Shown here: in pieces, positions 27,246 to 37,123 of the stretch
Position numbering within the stretch: position 1 is the first letter of the stretch
How the letters are laid out: every line of letters starts with the position of its first letter
Source: a virus
Lineage: Duplodnaviria > Caudoviricetes
DNA: 52,358 nucleotides
Reading direction: 5' to 3' (one strand)
Virus record (IMG/VR): IMGVR_UViG_3300043419_001551
Span: 1-52,358 of that record
Program-made: the position numbers and the translations under genes
Notes under the pieces: model-generated
Seen by the model: only the letters and a program-made list of their open reading frames with translations
What the model was told of the DNA's origin: nothing
Database searches by the model: none

Positions 27246-28151
27246 TCAGCCCACAAGTCCGGGGGCCTTCTTGTCCGTGTACTGTTCGGGCGGAACCTGC
27301 TCGTCGAACATTGTGCGAAGCTGCTCGTCGGTGTAGTTCTGCTTGTACCACGGGGATAGGGTGTTGACCCACGAGGCGTAGGCTTCTTCCTTGGACCGCT
27401 GCGTGTACGAACCTTCCGGCATCTGTTCCTTGAACATCTGCTGGAGTTCAGCCTCAGTCTTGTTCTCCTTGTACCAAGGAGACAGGCGGTCGGCCCATGC
27501 CTTGTACGCATCCGCCTCGTTCTTGGCCTTTGCTGCTTGAGCCTGCTCCTGCGCCATGCGTGACTGCTCGGCACGCCATTGACCCTGCTGACCTTCCAAA
27601 GCCGACCGAAGAGCACCGAGCCGCTGCTGCTCGCCCTTGGCCGCACGCTGGGTCTCGCCGCCGCCGAGAAGCTGGTCGAAGGCACCGACGTTCTCGCCCA
27701 TATCGCCGGACTGAGCGGCGGGGTTGAGAGCGGCAAACTGAGCCGAGGTCTGAGCGATTTGAGCGGCGTAAGGGTCTTTGGCGGAAGGGCCTGCGGCTTG
27801 ACGCTGCATCATCTGACCTGCGGTCGGTGCGGGACCGAAACGCTCCGGTCTCGCCATACCCACACCGCTCGGTGCGGTCGGTATCTTCGGGGCCGTAGCC
27901 GCGCCCACGGCCTTCTGAGCCTGCGCCTGGACCGCCGGAGCGTTCCCGCCGAAGTACTGACCGAAGCTCACGAAGCCCGTACCGCCGCCCTGAGTGGCTT
28001 TCGGGGCCGAAGGTCCGCCGGCAGAACCGCCGCCCATAGGCGCGGGACCACCGGTCGGCTCAGCGGGGGCCGTCGAGTATCCGACCCGCTGCTCGGGGGT
28101 CTTACCCTTCTGCTGCTTCTCAAAGAAGCTCGACAGTGTTCCGTTGGCCAC
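27246..28151 (-). CDS. Hypothetical virion-associated protein with duplicated C-terminal module
   Basis: AGGAGG RBS; LSPWYK module present twice. Confidence 0.6.
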   Translation of the reverse strand: MANGTLSSFFEKQQKGKTPEQRVGYSTAPAEPTGGPAPMGGGSAGGPSAPKATQGGGTGFVSFGQYFGGNAPAVQAQAQKAVGAATAPKIPTAPSGVGMARPERFGPAPTAGQMMQRQAAGPSAKDPYAAQIAQTSAQFAALNPAAQSGDMGENVGAFDQLLGGGETQRAAKGEQQRLGALRSALEGQQGQWRAEQSRMAQEQAQAAKAKNEADAYKAWADRLSPWYKENKTEAELQQMFKEQMPEGSYTQRSKEEAYASWVNTLSPWYKQNYTDEQLRTMFDEQVPPEQYTDKKAPGLVG

Positions 28152-28162
28152 AGTGCCTCCTA

Positions 28163-28576
28163 TTACAAAGGCCTTTGAATAGGGCGGAAAAACGCCTGAA
28201 GGATTCGACGGTTACAGGGCTGGTTGCCCTGCCAGTTGAACCAAGCCGCGACGTGTCCGGGTTTCTTCAGCGAAAGGGCCTCGGCCGCTTCATTGGTCTG
28301 AGAATACGTTGCCTGCCACACATTTTCCAGCGCGGGGTCAATGCTGTACACCCAGTACCACCCGACCGGCGCATTGCCCTCGCCGAACGCAGCAGCAAAA
28401 TCTTCCGGTGCCGCCTTCTGACCGTCGATGAGCGTCTTCATTTCAGCGAGGGTAGGGACAAGGATGCCTTCCGGCAGATCGTTCCAACTGCACGGGGACA
28501 TGACGTTCTGTTCCCAGGCGTAACCCGTAACGTTATCGAGCACTCGTCCGCCACCAATGTCTTCAAAGCGTGCCAT
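28163..28576 (-). CDS. DUF1566/Lcl-like domain protein
   Basis: RFEDIGGGRVLDNVTGYAWEQ...VPTLAEMKTL...YW resembles the DUF1566 consensus; GGAGAGG RBS. Confidence 0.5.
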   Translation of the reverse strand: MARFEDIGGGRVLDNVTGYAWEQNVMSPCSWNDLPEGILVPTLAEMKTLIDGQKAAPEDFAAAFGEGNAPVGWYWVYSIDPALENVWQATYSQTNEAAEALSLKKPGHVAAWFNWQGNQPCNRRILQAFFRPIQRPL

Positions 28577-28599
28577 TTTGAACCTCTCCTAGGGCTTGT

Positions 28600-29004
28600 T
28601 TATTGAGCAGTCACAAGCAGGGTCACTTCGTATTCATGGTCCGCAGTCAGGTCCGACATCGCCGTGATTCGGATGGTCACACCGTCGCGCACCCAAGCTA
28701 TCCGAGGGGCGAGAGCGGGTGCTCGGTCAGTGGCGTCGTAGCACTGAAGCACGAAGACCCCGTCCGGCGTGCCGGGGAGCTCTCGCATGTTCACCGACAG
28801 CGGGAACGAGTTGCTCCGCACTCGCACCGTGCGCTTGAGCGAGGCGAAGTTTGACCACGTCAACCGCTGCGCGAGCGCGTTTCGGGTCGCGGTTACGAAG
28901 GGGTTGAGCGCGTACATGAGCTGGTCGACGACGGGTTTGACCTCTTCCGGAACGTCTCGGAAGTCGTCGGTCCGGATGCGGGTGAGCGGCGGAAGACGGG
29001 CCAT
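28600..29004 (-). CDS. Hypothetical tail-associated protein
   Basis: TAATG coupling to the nozzle-like gene. Confidence 0.65.
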   Translation of the reverse strand: MARLPPLTRIRTDDFRDVPEEVKPVVDQLMYALNPFVTATRNALAQRLTWSNFASLKRTVRVRSNSFPLSVNMRELPGTPDGVFVLQCYDATDRAPALAPRIAWVRDGVTIRITAMSDLTADHEYEVTLLVTAQ

Positions 29005-31622
29005 TAGCGCACCGTCCCCGTCCGCTCGCTCGTGCCTTCGTACACGATGCTATAACCGTTCATCGCCCAGTAGCCGCCGAGCGTCACCACGGTCAGCTCC
29101 AGCGTGTAGTAGGTCGCTCTCTGGACCTCCTGCGGAATCAGCTTGCGGAACTGGAGCGGAAGAACGGCAGTGCCGATGGTCGTGGCCGTCGAGAACGTGT
29201 CCGTCGTCAGCCACAGGTTGTTGATGGACCCGCCAGCGGGAACGATGTCTGTCTTGACGACGAGTTGGGGCGTAACGGCCTTGCCAGCAGGCTTTCGGAT
29301 GTCTCGGAAATGAGCGTGAATCTCACGCGCCTGTTTCGTGGCGTAAGGTGCTCCGAGCGTCGTCGAGGCCCACTGCACGGTGGACAGGATGGGAAGGTTG
29401 CTTTCGTCCTCGTAATCAGCTGTGGACGACGTGTTGCGGTCCTTGACGAGACGCGGACTGTTCGTCAGACCGTAGTAGGCCGTGTCCGTGAACGGGTCGA
29501 CCCGCCCGCAGAGACGAGGTGCAAGGTAGGTCCACGTCGTCCAGGCTTGCGACTCTAATCCAAAAACGTAGGCTTTGGCCTCGTAACCCGTGATGCCGAG
29601 CGACGGTAAAAACAGCGCGAAGACCTTCTCGCTCTCGTAGGCCACGCCGAACGCGCCCGTAGCCGTGATGTCCCGGTACGGCGATGCCCAATAGGGCTTG
29701 AGCGTCGAGTCGATGACCTTTGAGATCATCTGAATCCCGCCGTCCGTCACGGCCATGACACCGTCGTCCGACAGCAGCATGACCGTCGAGCCGATGGCGA
29801 CCGCCGAGTCCGGGGCAAGAATCTGCACCGTGTCGTCGATGAGCGAGACCTGAAACGGGAAGTCGCCGTAGATGGCGTAGGTGCCTTCGTCCTTGAACAC
29901 GAGGAGCCGGTCGCGCTGCGGGACGATGCGGCGGATGGCCTTGCCGCCCGTTCCCACCGGGATGAAGTTCGCAGCCGACACAGCCTCCGGCTCCCCGGGC
30001 AGGGAGTAATAGACGTAGTTCACGCCGCGTTCGTTGTCGGACGTCACGCCTGCCAACAGGTCAGGCGTCCAGACCGATTCGCCGTAGTACCGGATGACGC
30101 GGTTGATGCCGCTCAGCATGTTGACGTAGGTCGATGACGTCTTGAACGACGTGGGCGTGACCGGCCCTTTCACGAACACGTCCGTCGTTATCACGTTCGG
30201 CTGGCTAATCCGATACAGACGAACGTAGTCGCCGACCTTGAGATTGTGCGGCGCTGTGGTCGTCACCGTGTAGTTGCCGGACGTTCCCGAAACGGAAGCT
30301 GTAGACAGGAGAACGTCGTAGTTGACCGAGAACGACGTGTTGGTCGTCGAGTCGACCGTGGGGCGCTGGAACCGAATCTTGAAGTTCAGCAGTGAGTTCC
30401 CAAAGACGACCGGCTCCAAGTACGCGCGGATGGCAAACTCGGGGTGATTGATTGCCCAGGTATTGACGACGTCTTGAAGCTGGTTCAGTGTCAGCGAGAT
30501 GTTCTCTTCTGGGGTACCGCTTGACCAGACAACGAACTCGCGATTGGCATAGTTCAGCGTTGCGGCTCCGGTGAACACCACACCGTCGATGGTGACCGTG
30601 TCACCGATACGAATACCCGTAGCGGGCAGATTCGGAGTTCCGCCGCCCTCAACGCCAATGAGCTGAGCCGTGAGCGTGTGGGGCTGATTCGTGTTGGCGT
30701 ACCACTCGCGCTCTGACCACGTTGCGATGTCCTGGGCAAACGGAGGCGCGTCGTTGGGCGTGCCACCTTGCGTCGGGTTCGTGTAGAGCGGGGCCGACTG
30801 AACGGCGAACTCCTGCCGGGCCGTGTCAGGAAGGACGAGAACACTGCTCAAACCGTAAACGGTCGTGTCTATGACGGTCTCGTTCACGAGATACAGCTCG
30901 TCGGTCGTGAGCGCCTCCGTGTCGGCCATGACCGAACGATAGACTCGGACGAAGGTTCCTTTGATGATGTTCCCAGCAGCATCAGTAGGAGCGGTGAGCA
31001 GCGAGACAAACACTTTCACTGAAGCCTGTCCGGTAAAGACGTTCTCGGTGGTCACGCGAACTGACGGAGGTCCGAGGTGAACGGCGTCGTGTGAATCGAC
31101 GTACCCGAACAGCACGCGATAGGCGACCGCCTTCCCCGGATCGAGGAAACCAACAATGGTTGGAGGCGGCGAGATGGGGTCAAGTACCACGCCGGCAAAC
31201 GGTGTTAGCGGCTCCGCAATGCCGCTCAGCCTCGGGACCGTCGAGGTTGCCGACTCCAAGGCCATGACGCCCTTGTCGGTCGCCATGAAGAACGTGCTCG
31301 CGGCGATAGCCGTCTTCAGCCGGAAGTCGGGGTTCGCGGGTGCGTAGGTGCCGGTCAGGGCGCTCGCCGCACCCGAAACGCGGACCTTGTTCGTGGATGT
31401 GTGCGCCACGACCTTGTCGTCGAAGAACGAGACCTGCTTGATCTCGGCACCGACCGTTGCGCCAAAAGCGTCCGCCTCCTGCCCGCGCCTCGGCTCAAGG
31501 ACGTCGGGATAACGGATGGTCACGTTGTCGGCCACGACCAACGCGCCTTCAGACCCCGCTCCAAGGTTGTTGGGCGAGGTCTGAAGACCGCGGAAGCTGA
31601 GCGAGTTCTCAATCGACGCCAT
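29004..31622 (-). CDS. Putative tail nozzle/DNA stabilisation protein (tail tubular B-like)
   Basis: 872 aa, beta-rich; YYSLPGEPEA...LLVFK propeller-like pattern; follows the adaptor-like gene. Confidence 0.55.
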   Translation of the reverse strand: MASIENSLSFRGLQTSPNNLGAGSEGALVVADNVTIRYPDVLEPRRGQEADAFGATVGAEIKQVSFFDDKVVAHTSTNKVRVSGAASALTGTYAPANPDFRLKTAIAASTFFMATDKGVMALESATSTVPRLSGIAEPLTPFAGVVLDPISPPPTIVGFLDPGKAVAYRVLFGYVDSHDAVHLGPPSVRVTTENVFTGQASVKVFVSLLTAPTDAAGNIIKGTFVRVYRSVMADTEALTTDELYLVNETVIDTTVYGLSSVLVLPDTARQEFAVQSAPLYTNPTQGGTPNDAPPFAQDIATWSEREWYANTNQPHTLTAQLIGVEGGGTPNLPATGIRIGDTVTIDGVVFTGAATLNYANREFVVWSSGTPEENISLTLNQLQDVVNTWAINHPEFAIRAYLEPVVFGNSLLNFKIRFQRPTVDSTTNTSFSVNYDVLLSTASVSGTSGNYTVTTTAPHNLKVGDYVRLYRISQPNVITTDVFVKGPVTPTSFKTSSTYVNMLSGINRVIRYYGESVWTPDLLAGVTSDNERGVNYVYYSLPGEPEAVSAANFIPVGTGGKAIRRIVPQRDRLLVFKDEGTYAIYGDFPFQVSLIDDTVQILAPDSAVAIGSTVMLLSDDGVMAVTDGGIQMISKVIDSTLKPYWASPYRDITATGAFGVAYESEKVFALFLPSLGITGYEAKAYVFGLESQAWTTWTYLAPRLCGRVDPFTDTAYYGLTNSPRLVKDRNTSSTADYEDESNLPILSTVQWASTTLGAPYATKQAREIHAHFRDIRKPAGKAVTPQLVVKTDIVPAGGSINNLWLTTDTFSTATTIGTAVLPLQFRKLIPQEVQRATYYTLELTVVTLGGYWAMNGYSIVYEGTSERTGTVR

Positions 31623-31646
31623 GAAGGTAGCCTTCCGTTCCGAGGG

Positions 31647-32354
31647 CTACCGCATGTAATACGGACGCCGTCGATAGGTCCACCCGGGACCCTGGTAGTT
31701 GATGACCACCCGCGCCGAGCCCTCGCCACGCGGCGAGATGAGCTGGATGCACGTCACACGGGTCCGCTCGGCGGCTGCGGCAGCGGCCTCGGCTCGCGAG
31801 TCCCCGAGCGCGTCGAGGCACCGATATACCGCTCGCTGGATGAGCAGCGGACACAGGTCCATCGGAATGCCGGGGACCTGCGTTGGCGTCGAGTACGACA
31901 GCGTGTCTGGCCGGCGGTAATAGAGCAGCCGGATCTGAGCGCCGACCGGCGAGTTCACGGGGATGAGGTGAATCTTGTTCCCTCGGAACATGTACCCCTG
32001 AGTCGCGCCGGTCGCCACGAACTGCGACTCGTACTCCGGCTCGATGCGGGGCAGGGAGATCCAAGAATTCACGCTCTGAATCTGGATATCCCGAATCTTG
32101 AGACCCACCGCCCGGTAGTCCGTCGCGATGTCCAAGTCGATGGTCGTCGTCTCGGGAGTCCACGGGGCTGTGGCGTCGACCAGGTACTCCTCGGTCGTCG
32201 CCATGAGCATGGGAACGATGTACTCACGAATCTCGTCGTTGAGGAACGCGACGATGTCGTCGTTCGTCAACGTGGACGACGACGCGGGGATGAGCGCACG
32301 CCGACGCACCTCGGTCACGAGGTTCGATACCGAGTAGTCGGTCGGCTGCGCCAT
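31647..32354 (-). CDS. Putative head-tail adaptor (tail tubular A-like)
   Basis: N-terminal LVTEVRRR...IVAFLND helices, IHLIP, LLYYRRP; size and gene order fit. Confidence 0.55.
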   Translation of the reverse strand: MAQPTDYSVSNLVTEVRRRALIPASSSTLTNDDIVAFLNDEIREYIVPMLMATTEEYLVDATAPWTPETTTIDLDIATDYRAVGLKIRDIQIQSVNSWISLPRIEPEYESQFVATGATQGYMFRGNKIHLIPVNSPVGAQIRLLYYRRPDTLSYSTPTQVPGIPMDLCPLLIQRAVYRCLDALGDSRAEAAAAAAERTRVTCIQLISPRGEGSARVVINYQGPGWTYRRRPYYMR

Positions 32355-32357
32355 GTT

Positions 32358-32732
32358 CTACTTCCCCAGCTTCGCGAGGAGCATCTCAAGCAGCTCGGGA
32401 GTAATCTTGGTTTCGCCGCCCTTGCCGTGCATCGCACCCTTCATCATCTCGCCATCGGGCATCTCGTGCTCATCCATTTCGCCCTCGACCATCTTCACGG
32501 CCTCGGGTTCCATGCCCTCGTGCTTCTTCATCATCTCGGGCGGCATCATGCCTTCGCCCTCGGACATCTCGTCCTCGGACTCGCCCATCTCCGGCTCGAC
32601 CTTGGTGGACTTGATCTCAATGGCAACGGCCGGCTTGCCATAGTTCTTCTTGAGCATCTCGCCGATGCCCTCGCGCCCGTAGCCCTTGACGGCTCCGAGC
32701 ACCTTCTTCTTGACGTCCAGCGGGTTCATCAT
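32358..32732 (-). CDS. Met/Glu/Gly-rich hypothetical protein
   Basis: GAGGAG RBS; low-complexity acidic core. Confidence 0.65.
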   Translation of the reverse strand: MMNPLDVKKKVLGAVKGYGREGIGEMLKKNYGKPAVAIEIKSTKVEPEMGESEDEMSEGEGMMPPEMMKKHEGMEPEAVKMVEGEMDEHEMPDGEMMKGAMHGKGGETKITPELLEMLLAKLGK

Positions 32733-32762
32733 TGAAAACTCCTCGTCGGTCTTGTTTTGTCG

Positions 32763-32966
32763 CTACTTCTTCGCGGCCTTGATGGCGGCTACCGCGATCT
32801 TCATCTTGTCGAGGTTCAGCGCCAAAGCGTTCACCACGACCTGCGCCTTCGCCACGTTGGCCGAAGGGGCCTCGGCGGTACGGGCGTGCTGATTGAGGGC
32901 TGAAGCGATGGCCGAGAAGATGGGGACGATGGCCCCGACGATAGCGAGAACGTGTTCAAGATTCAT
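32763..32966 (-). CDS. Small membrane protein (holin-like)
   Basis: MNLEHVLAIVGAIVPIFSAIASAL hydrophobic helix; basic C-terminus. Confidence 0.55.
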   Translation of the reverse strand: MNLEHVLAIVGAIVPIFSAIASALNQHARTAEAPSANVAKAQVVVNALALNLDKMKIAVAAIKAAKK

Positions 32967-33315
32967 GGTCTTCTTCCTTCTGTTCGAGGACGCTGATGCG
33001 TGCCTCGTGGACTGTAGCACGCTCTTCGGTCGCTGACAGACGCTCGCCCTGAGCCTTGACCTGTTCCTCGACGAGTTTGTGCTTCGTCGAACAGTCCGGC
33101 TTCTTGGAATCGGCCTGCGCTTTCTTGGTCTTGTGGTCAAGCCATGCGGGAAAGAGCTTAAGCGCAAGACCCGATGCCAGAACCATGCCCACGAGGACGA
33201 GGGTCAGGGGTGAAAGGACACCGTCCTTCGGCATCAGCCCCGAGACATCGGGCATCATCGGCTCGGCGTGACCCATCGTCGCGGTGCCTTGTTCCAGCCT
33301 TGCTTCACTCTTCAT
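32956..33315 (-). CDS. Membrane protein with coiled coil
   Basis: AGGAAG RBS; one TM segment then heptad repeats. Confidence 0.55.
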   Translation of the reverse strand: MKSEARLEQGTATMGHAEPMMPDVSGLMPKDGVLSPLTLVLVGMVLASGLALKLFPAWLDHKTKKAQADSKKPDCSTKHKLVEEQVKAQGERLSATEERATVHEARISVLEQKEEDHES

Positions 33316-33452
33316 CGTGGCTTCCTTTCCGTGCGGACATCCGTTCCGTCCCTCGTAGTCGTTTTCGAGTGCGTGTCCGTGCTCATCGACCAGCGTCATC
33401 GGCACCGTGTACCGACACCTGCCCTCCTTGAGAACGAAGGGCTTGGGACACG

Positions 33453-33644
33453 TCACGGAGACTCGCCGCCGCCCGTGCGCCACAGACGACGATATGCCGC
33501 CTTCTTGGCCGACTTCACCTTCTCGGGAAGACCCTTGATGTCCTTGGTCTCCTTGGACCACCTTGCCGCAGTTCCCGGCTCGACGTCCCCGCGCTCCTCG
33601 GCTGCGTACATAAAACGCTGCTGGCTCTTGCTCTTGTAAGGCAC
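33453..33644 (-). CDS. Small basic protein (MPYKSKSQQRF..., DUF3008-like)
   Basis: N-terminal MPxKSKxQQR pattern recurrent in phage late regions. Confidence 0.6.
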   Translation of the reverse strand: MPYKSKSQQRFMYAAEERGDVEPGTAARWSKETKDIKGLPEKVKSAKKAAYRRLWRTGGGESP

Positions 33645-33646
33645 GG

Positions 33647-33967
33647 TCAGTCCCCTTTCTTGAGTCGCTTGAGCGCCGCCATCTTGGCCTTCGCCCAGTT
33701 CACGCCGGCAGCCCCGCCCCAGAGCTTGATGGCGATGGCACGTGCGGAAGGGCCACCGTCCGGCGGGTCGGACTCGGGTTGTCCGAGGTGCCGTGCGAAC
33801 GCGGCCATGCGGCCCACGGTCTCACGGGACACCTCGGACCCGTTCGACAGGTCGCGAGCGCGGGCCACTCCGACAGGAGTCCCGCCTCGGCCCCACTTGC
33901 GTCGAAGCTCCAGACCGTGGGCCGCTGCCGCTGCCGCCGAGGCGGGAGGCTTGAATCCGCTGCCCAT
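33647..33967 (-). CDS. Conserved phage hypothetical protein
   Basis: GRGGTPVGVARA...RH...LWGG motif pattern. Confidence 0.65.
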   Translation of the reverse strand: MGSGFKPPASAAAAAAHGLELRRKWGRGGTPVGVARARDLSNGSEVSRETVGRMAAFARHLGQPESDPPDGGPSARAIAIKLWGGAAGVNWAKAKMAALKRLKKGD

Positions 33968-33969
33968 GG

Positions 33970-34359
33970 CTAGTTCAGCAACTCGGGTTCGACGGCGACC
34001 GGCTCGGCGACCGGTAGGACCGGCGACATCGGCATTTCGATGACCGGCGACTCCGGAACGAAAGACGGCTCCGGAGTCACGAGGACATCGACCGCACCCG
34101 CAAACTCGGGGAGAGCCTTGAGCCACTCGTAACTAGCCGCGATGATGTTCGCGCCCACGAGGTGCGCGGTCTCGGCCGTGTACTCGCGCTGCTTGACCGG
34201 GTGCTTCATGTCGGCGCGGGCCACGCCGTTCGCGTACCAGTTCACCCAGATGAGCGAGTCGGACTTGAACGCGCGGACGAACTCGACCTTGACGTAGCTC
34301 TCGGGGAAGTTCTCGCCGACGAGCGTGTCCTTGGCGAGCAGTGCAATCTGAAGGGCCAT
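33970..34359 (-). CDS. Tail fibre-associated protein (possible assembly chaperone)
   Basis: YEWLKALPEFAGAVD motif; directly downstream of the fibre gene. Confidence 0.55.
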   Translation of the reverse strand: MALQIALLAKDTLVGENFPESYVKVEFVRAFKSDSLIWVNWYANGVARADMKHPVKQREYTAETAHLVGANIIAASYEWLKALPEFAGAVDVLVTPEPSFVPESPVIEMPMSPVLPVAEPVAVEPELLN

Positions 34360-34399
34360 GGGTTTCCTTTCGGGCGACCTCGGTCGCCGGTAGTGGGCG

Positions 34400-37099
34400 C
34401 TATGCGCCGATGCGGATGATTCGCGAGCCGGAGCCCGTGTTCGTGTGAGCGCCTTGAATAGTCATCTTGCCGTCCACCGTGGCGACGTGAAGCGTGGTGC
34501 CGTTCGCCTGGGCGAGACCACCGGCTCCGAGCGAGGCGGCGTTGTTGCACTTCAGCGTGCCGTTCGTCAACGTCGACCCATTGGAATAACTGTTTGCCAC
34601 GCCGAGCGTCAGTTTTCCGGTTCCGGACTTGGCGAGCGACCCGCCTGCGCTAGTCAAGACTGATGAGAAGGTAACGTCCTGCCCGTTCGTGTCGATTTTG
34701 AACGACTGTCCGGCTGCTGTCGAGAAGCGGAACGAGTAGTCGAACTGGTTGACCGATGAGTACTGAAGCGTGCCGCCCGTAAAAGCGATGGCTCCGGTCA
34801 GACCGAGCGGACCCGAGATGGAAACACCGAGACCTGTCGTAATTTCAGCCGAACCCGCGTTCAGCGTGCCGCTAGCCAGCGTCACGCCCGAAGAGAAGGT
34901 GCTCGACCCGGTCAGGGTCAACGCGCCGCCCAGCAGGCTGAGCGAACTGGCTCCGACGAGCGCCGTTGCGAAGGTCGTGGCCGTTCCGGCCGAGATACGC
35001 CACTGCTGCCCACCCGCCGTCGAGAAACGGCCGGAGTAGTCTACGTTCCCGTCGAGGTACGACAGAGTGCCGCCGGTCATCAGCAGCGTGTTCGCAGCGG
35101 TCAGCGACTTGTTGCCGAGCGGACCTCCGGTAGCGGGAAGCTCCTGCGCCGAGGCGACGGACGTCGTACCGAAGGCCATGGTCGTGTTGCCGGTATAGGT
35201 GTGACGAACGTCCGCACGAACGATGCCCGTGTCCCCCGAGTGTCCGCCGTAGGTCACCGAACCCGTACCGCTGAAGACGTTCGACAACGAGGCGAAGGGG
35301 GTGAAGTCCGACCCGGCCGACGCGCCGAAGATGACGCTGTTGTTGGCGGGCGTGAACGGTGCGTTGATGAGACCGTTGTTCGTGGCTCGGATGTAGGTCG
35401 GACCGGTGAGTTGGATGCCACCGAACGTGCTCGTGCCGGTGTTGTTGACGATCAATGCACCGTTGTTGGGCGCGTTTGACGACCCAGTGCCCGAGACGGT
35501 CAGCGTCCGAAGGGTGTAGGTCGCGGCCGCGCCAAGCGACAGCGTGGCTCCGCTCGTGACCGAGATTGCCGCCGTACTCGACGCCGAACCCAGTGCCGTG
35601 GCGGAGTTGGCGTTGAGAGTACCGGCGGAGACGGTAATCGTCTTGCTGATCTGGTTGTCGCCCGATAGTGTGAGCGTTCCAGTTCCGAGTTTGGTTAGTA
35701 GGAACTTGCCTGTACTGAACTCCTTGAACGGGACCGTGATGTTGAGCGTATTGCCGCTGGCAACATCGTACTGAAGCGTAACATCAAAAGCGTTATCATT
35801 GCTAATCCACGGACCCAAGCCGCCAATAGTGAACGTCGTGCCGGTTGAACCGTAGTGTCGAAAGAGCGCCGTAAACGCGGCGTTGTAGGCGTAGTGCCCC
35901 CAATAGGTTACGGTTGTTTGGATATTTGACGCACCACTGTATGTTCTCGTATGCGTCGTAGCTCCGCTGTTTACCGATTGTGCTGTGATATTTGATGCTG
36001 ATGCAGGATAGGCAGACGCAGACGCGAATATCACGGTGGGCGTCGTGTTTCCCGTAGCGTTGTCGCTAAACGTCTCAAAATCGCCTGTGAATCCAGGCGT
36101 GTTCATATTGCCATTAAATGTCACGCCGCCGTTATTGAAAATGCGTAGCGTTCCCGCGCCCGATACTGCCTGAATGGTCGACTGAGATAGCGCAGTTCCG
36201 CCGAGGTAGTTCAGCGAACCGCTGCTGATCGTGATGCTGGAGGCAGTATTGACTTGATTGGGCGTCCCTAAGATACCGGATGCGAGGTAGACGTTCGCAC
36301 CGGCAATCGTCAGAGCACCACTGTATGTGTTTCCGGTTGCGCCGGTTAGGAAGAACGCTCCTGCGCCTGTCGTCATGCTCAGTGCCGCAGATCCGGTGAA
36401 GGAACCCGACAGCGTCGTCGTCACTACGGTATTAACACTGGTCGTGCCGCTGATGGTCGTCGTCCCCGAGAACGTCAACGCACCCGTGTTCGTCGCATCA
36501 CCCAGCGTCATCGTTCCGTTGAGCGTGAGCGCGTTGGCGAGGCTGTACCCGGTCGTTGAGGAGCTCGACAGCTTCCCGCCGGTCATGGTCACCGTGCCGG
36601 TGCCGAGGGCCGAGGCGTTGCCAATCTCCACCGTACCGGCGGCGATGGACATGCCCGCTGAGAAGACGTTGACAGCGGTCAAGCGAAGGATTGAAGATCC
36701 CCGCTTTTCCCAGTTGACTGTTCCCTGAATCGGGCATGTAATAACCAAACGCCCGTTTGCTGTTACGTTTACATACGCTCCTGTACCTACAAAACCAATA
36801 CGGCCTGTGCCAGCTGCGTTGATTGTTTGTGTTCCTGCTAGATTTTGATATGTTATTCCTTTAAACCAAGCATTAACCGCTGTATCTACGGTAAGTATTC
36901 CCGGTGTTGTGTTTTGGCTTGTGTCTGGCGAACCAAAAGCCAACTCGTGTTGATTGGCGCTTGAGTATGCGGCTGTGGTTGTGGTTATGTCTCCAAGAAC
37001 TGCTGATGTGACGTTAATCAACAGCGGAGTTGAAACGTTTGCGGTAAGCGGCCCAAAGCCAAGAGTGGCTGCGTTTCTGTCCATGTAAAAGAAAGCCAT
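34400..37099 (-). CDS. Tail fibre/spike with autotransporter-associated beta-strand (PATR-like) repeats
   Basis: LTKLGTGTLTLSGDN, LAKSGTGKLTLGVANSYSNG and WEKRGSSILRLTAVN repeats; Thr/Gly/Ser-rich. Confidence 0.7.
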   Translation of the reverse strand: MAFFYMDRNAATLGFGPLTANVSTPLLINVTSAVLGDITTTTAAYSSANQHELAFGSPDTSQNTTPGILTVDTAVNAWFKGITYQNLAGTQTINAAGTGRIGFVGTGAYVNVTANGRLVITCPIQGTVNWEKRGSSILRLTAVNVFSAGMSIAAGTVEIGNASALGTGTVTMTGGKLSSSSTTGYSLANALTLNGTMTLGDATNTGALTFSGTTTISGTTSVNTVVTTTLSGSFTGSAALSMTTGAGAFFLTGATGNTYSGALTIAGANVYLASGILGTPNQVNTASSITISSGSLNYLGGTALSQSTIQAVSGAGTLRIFNNGGVTFNGNMNTPGFTGDFETFSDNATGNTTPTVIFASASAYPASASNITAQSVNSGATTHTRTYSGASNIQTTVTYWGHYAYNAAFTALFRHYGSTGTTFTIGGLGPWISNDNAFDVTLQYDVASGNTLNITVPFKEFSTGKFLLTKLGTGTLTLSGDNQISKTITVSAGTLNANSATALGSASSTAAISVTSGATLSLGAAATYTLRTLTVSGTGSSNAPNNGALIVNNTGTSTFGGIQLTGPTYIRATNNGLINAPFTPANNSVIFGASAGSDFTPFASLSNVFSGTGSVTYGGHSGDTGIVRADVRHTYTGNTTMAFGTTSVASAQELPATGGPLGNKSLTAANTLLMTGGTLSYLDGNVDYSGRFSTAGGQQWRISAGTATTFATALVGASSLSLLGGALTLTGSSTFSSGVTLASGTLNAGSAEITTGLGVSISGPLGLTGAIAFTGGTLQYSSVNQFDYSFRFSTAAGQSFKIDTNGQDVTFSSVLTSAGGSLAKSGTGKLTLGVANSYSNGSTLTNGTLKCNNAASLGAGGLAQANGTTLHVATVDGKMTIQGAHTNTGSGSRIIRIGA

Positions 37100-37123
37100 C
37101 TCTCATCTCCTCTTGACGGACGG

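Noticed and set aside
28163-28576. Diversity-generating retroelement
   Set aside because: No reverse transcriptase and no template/variable repeat pair were seen
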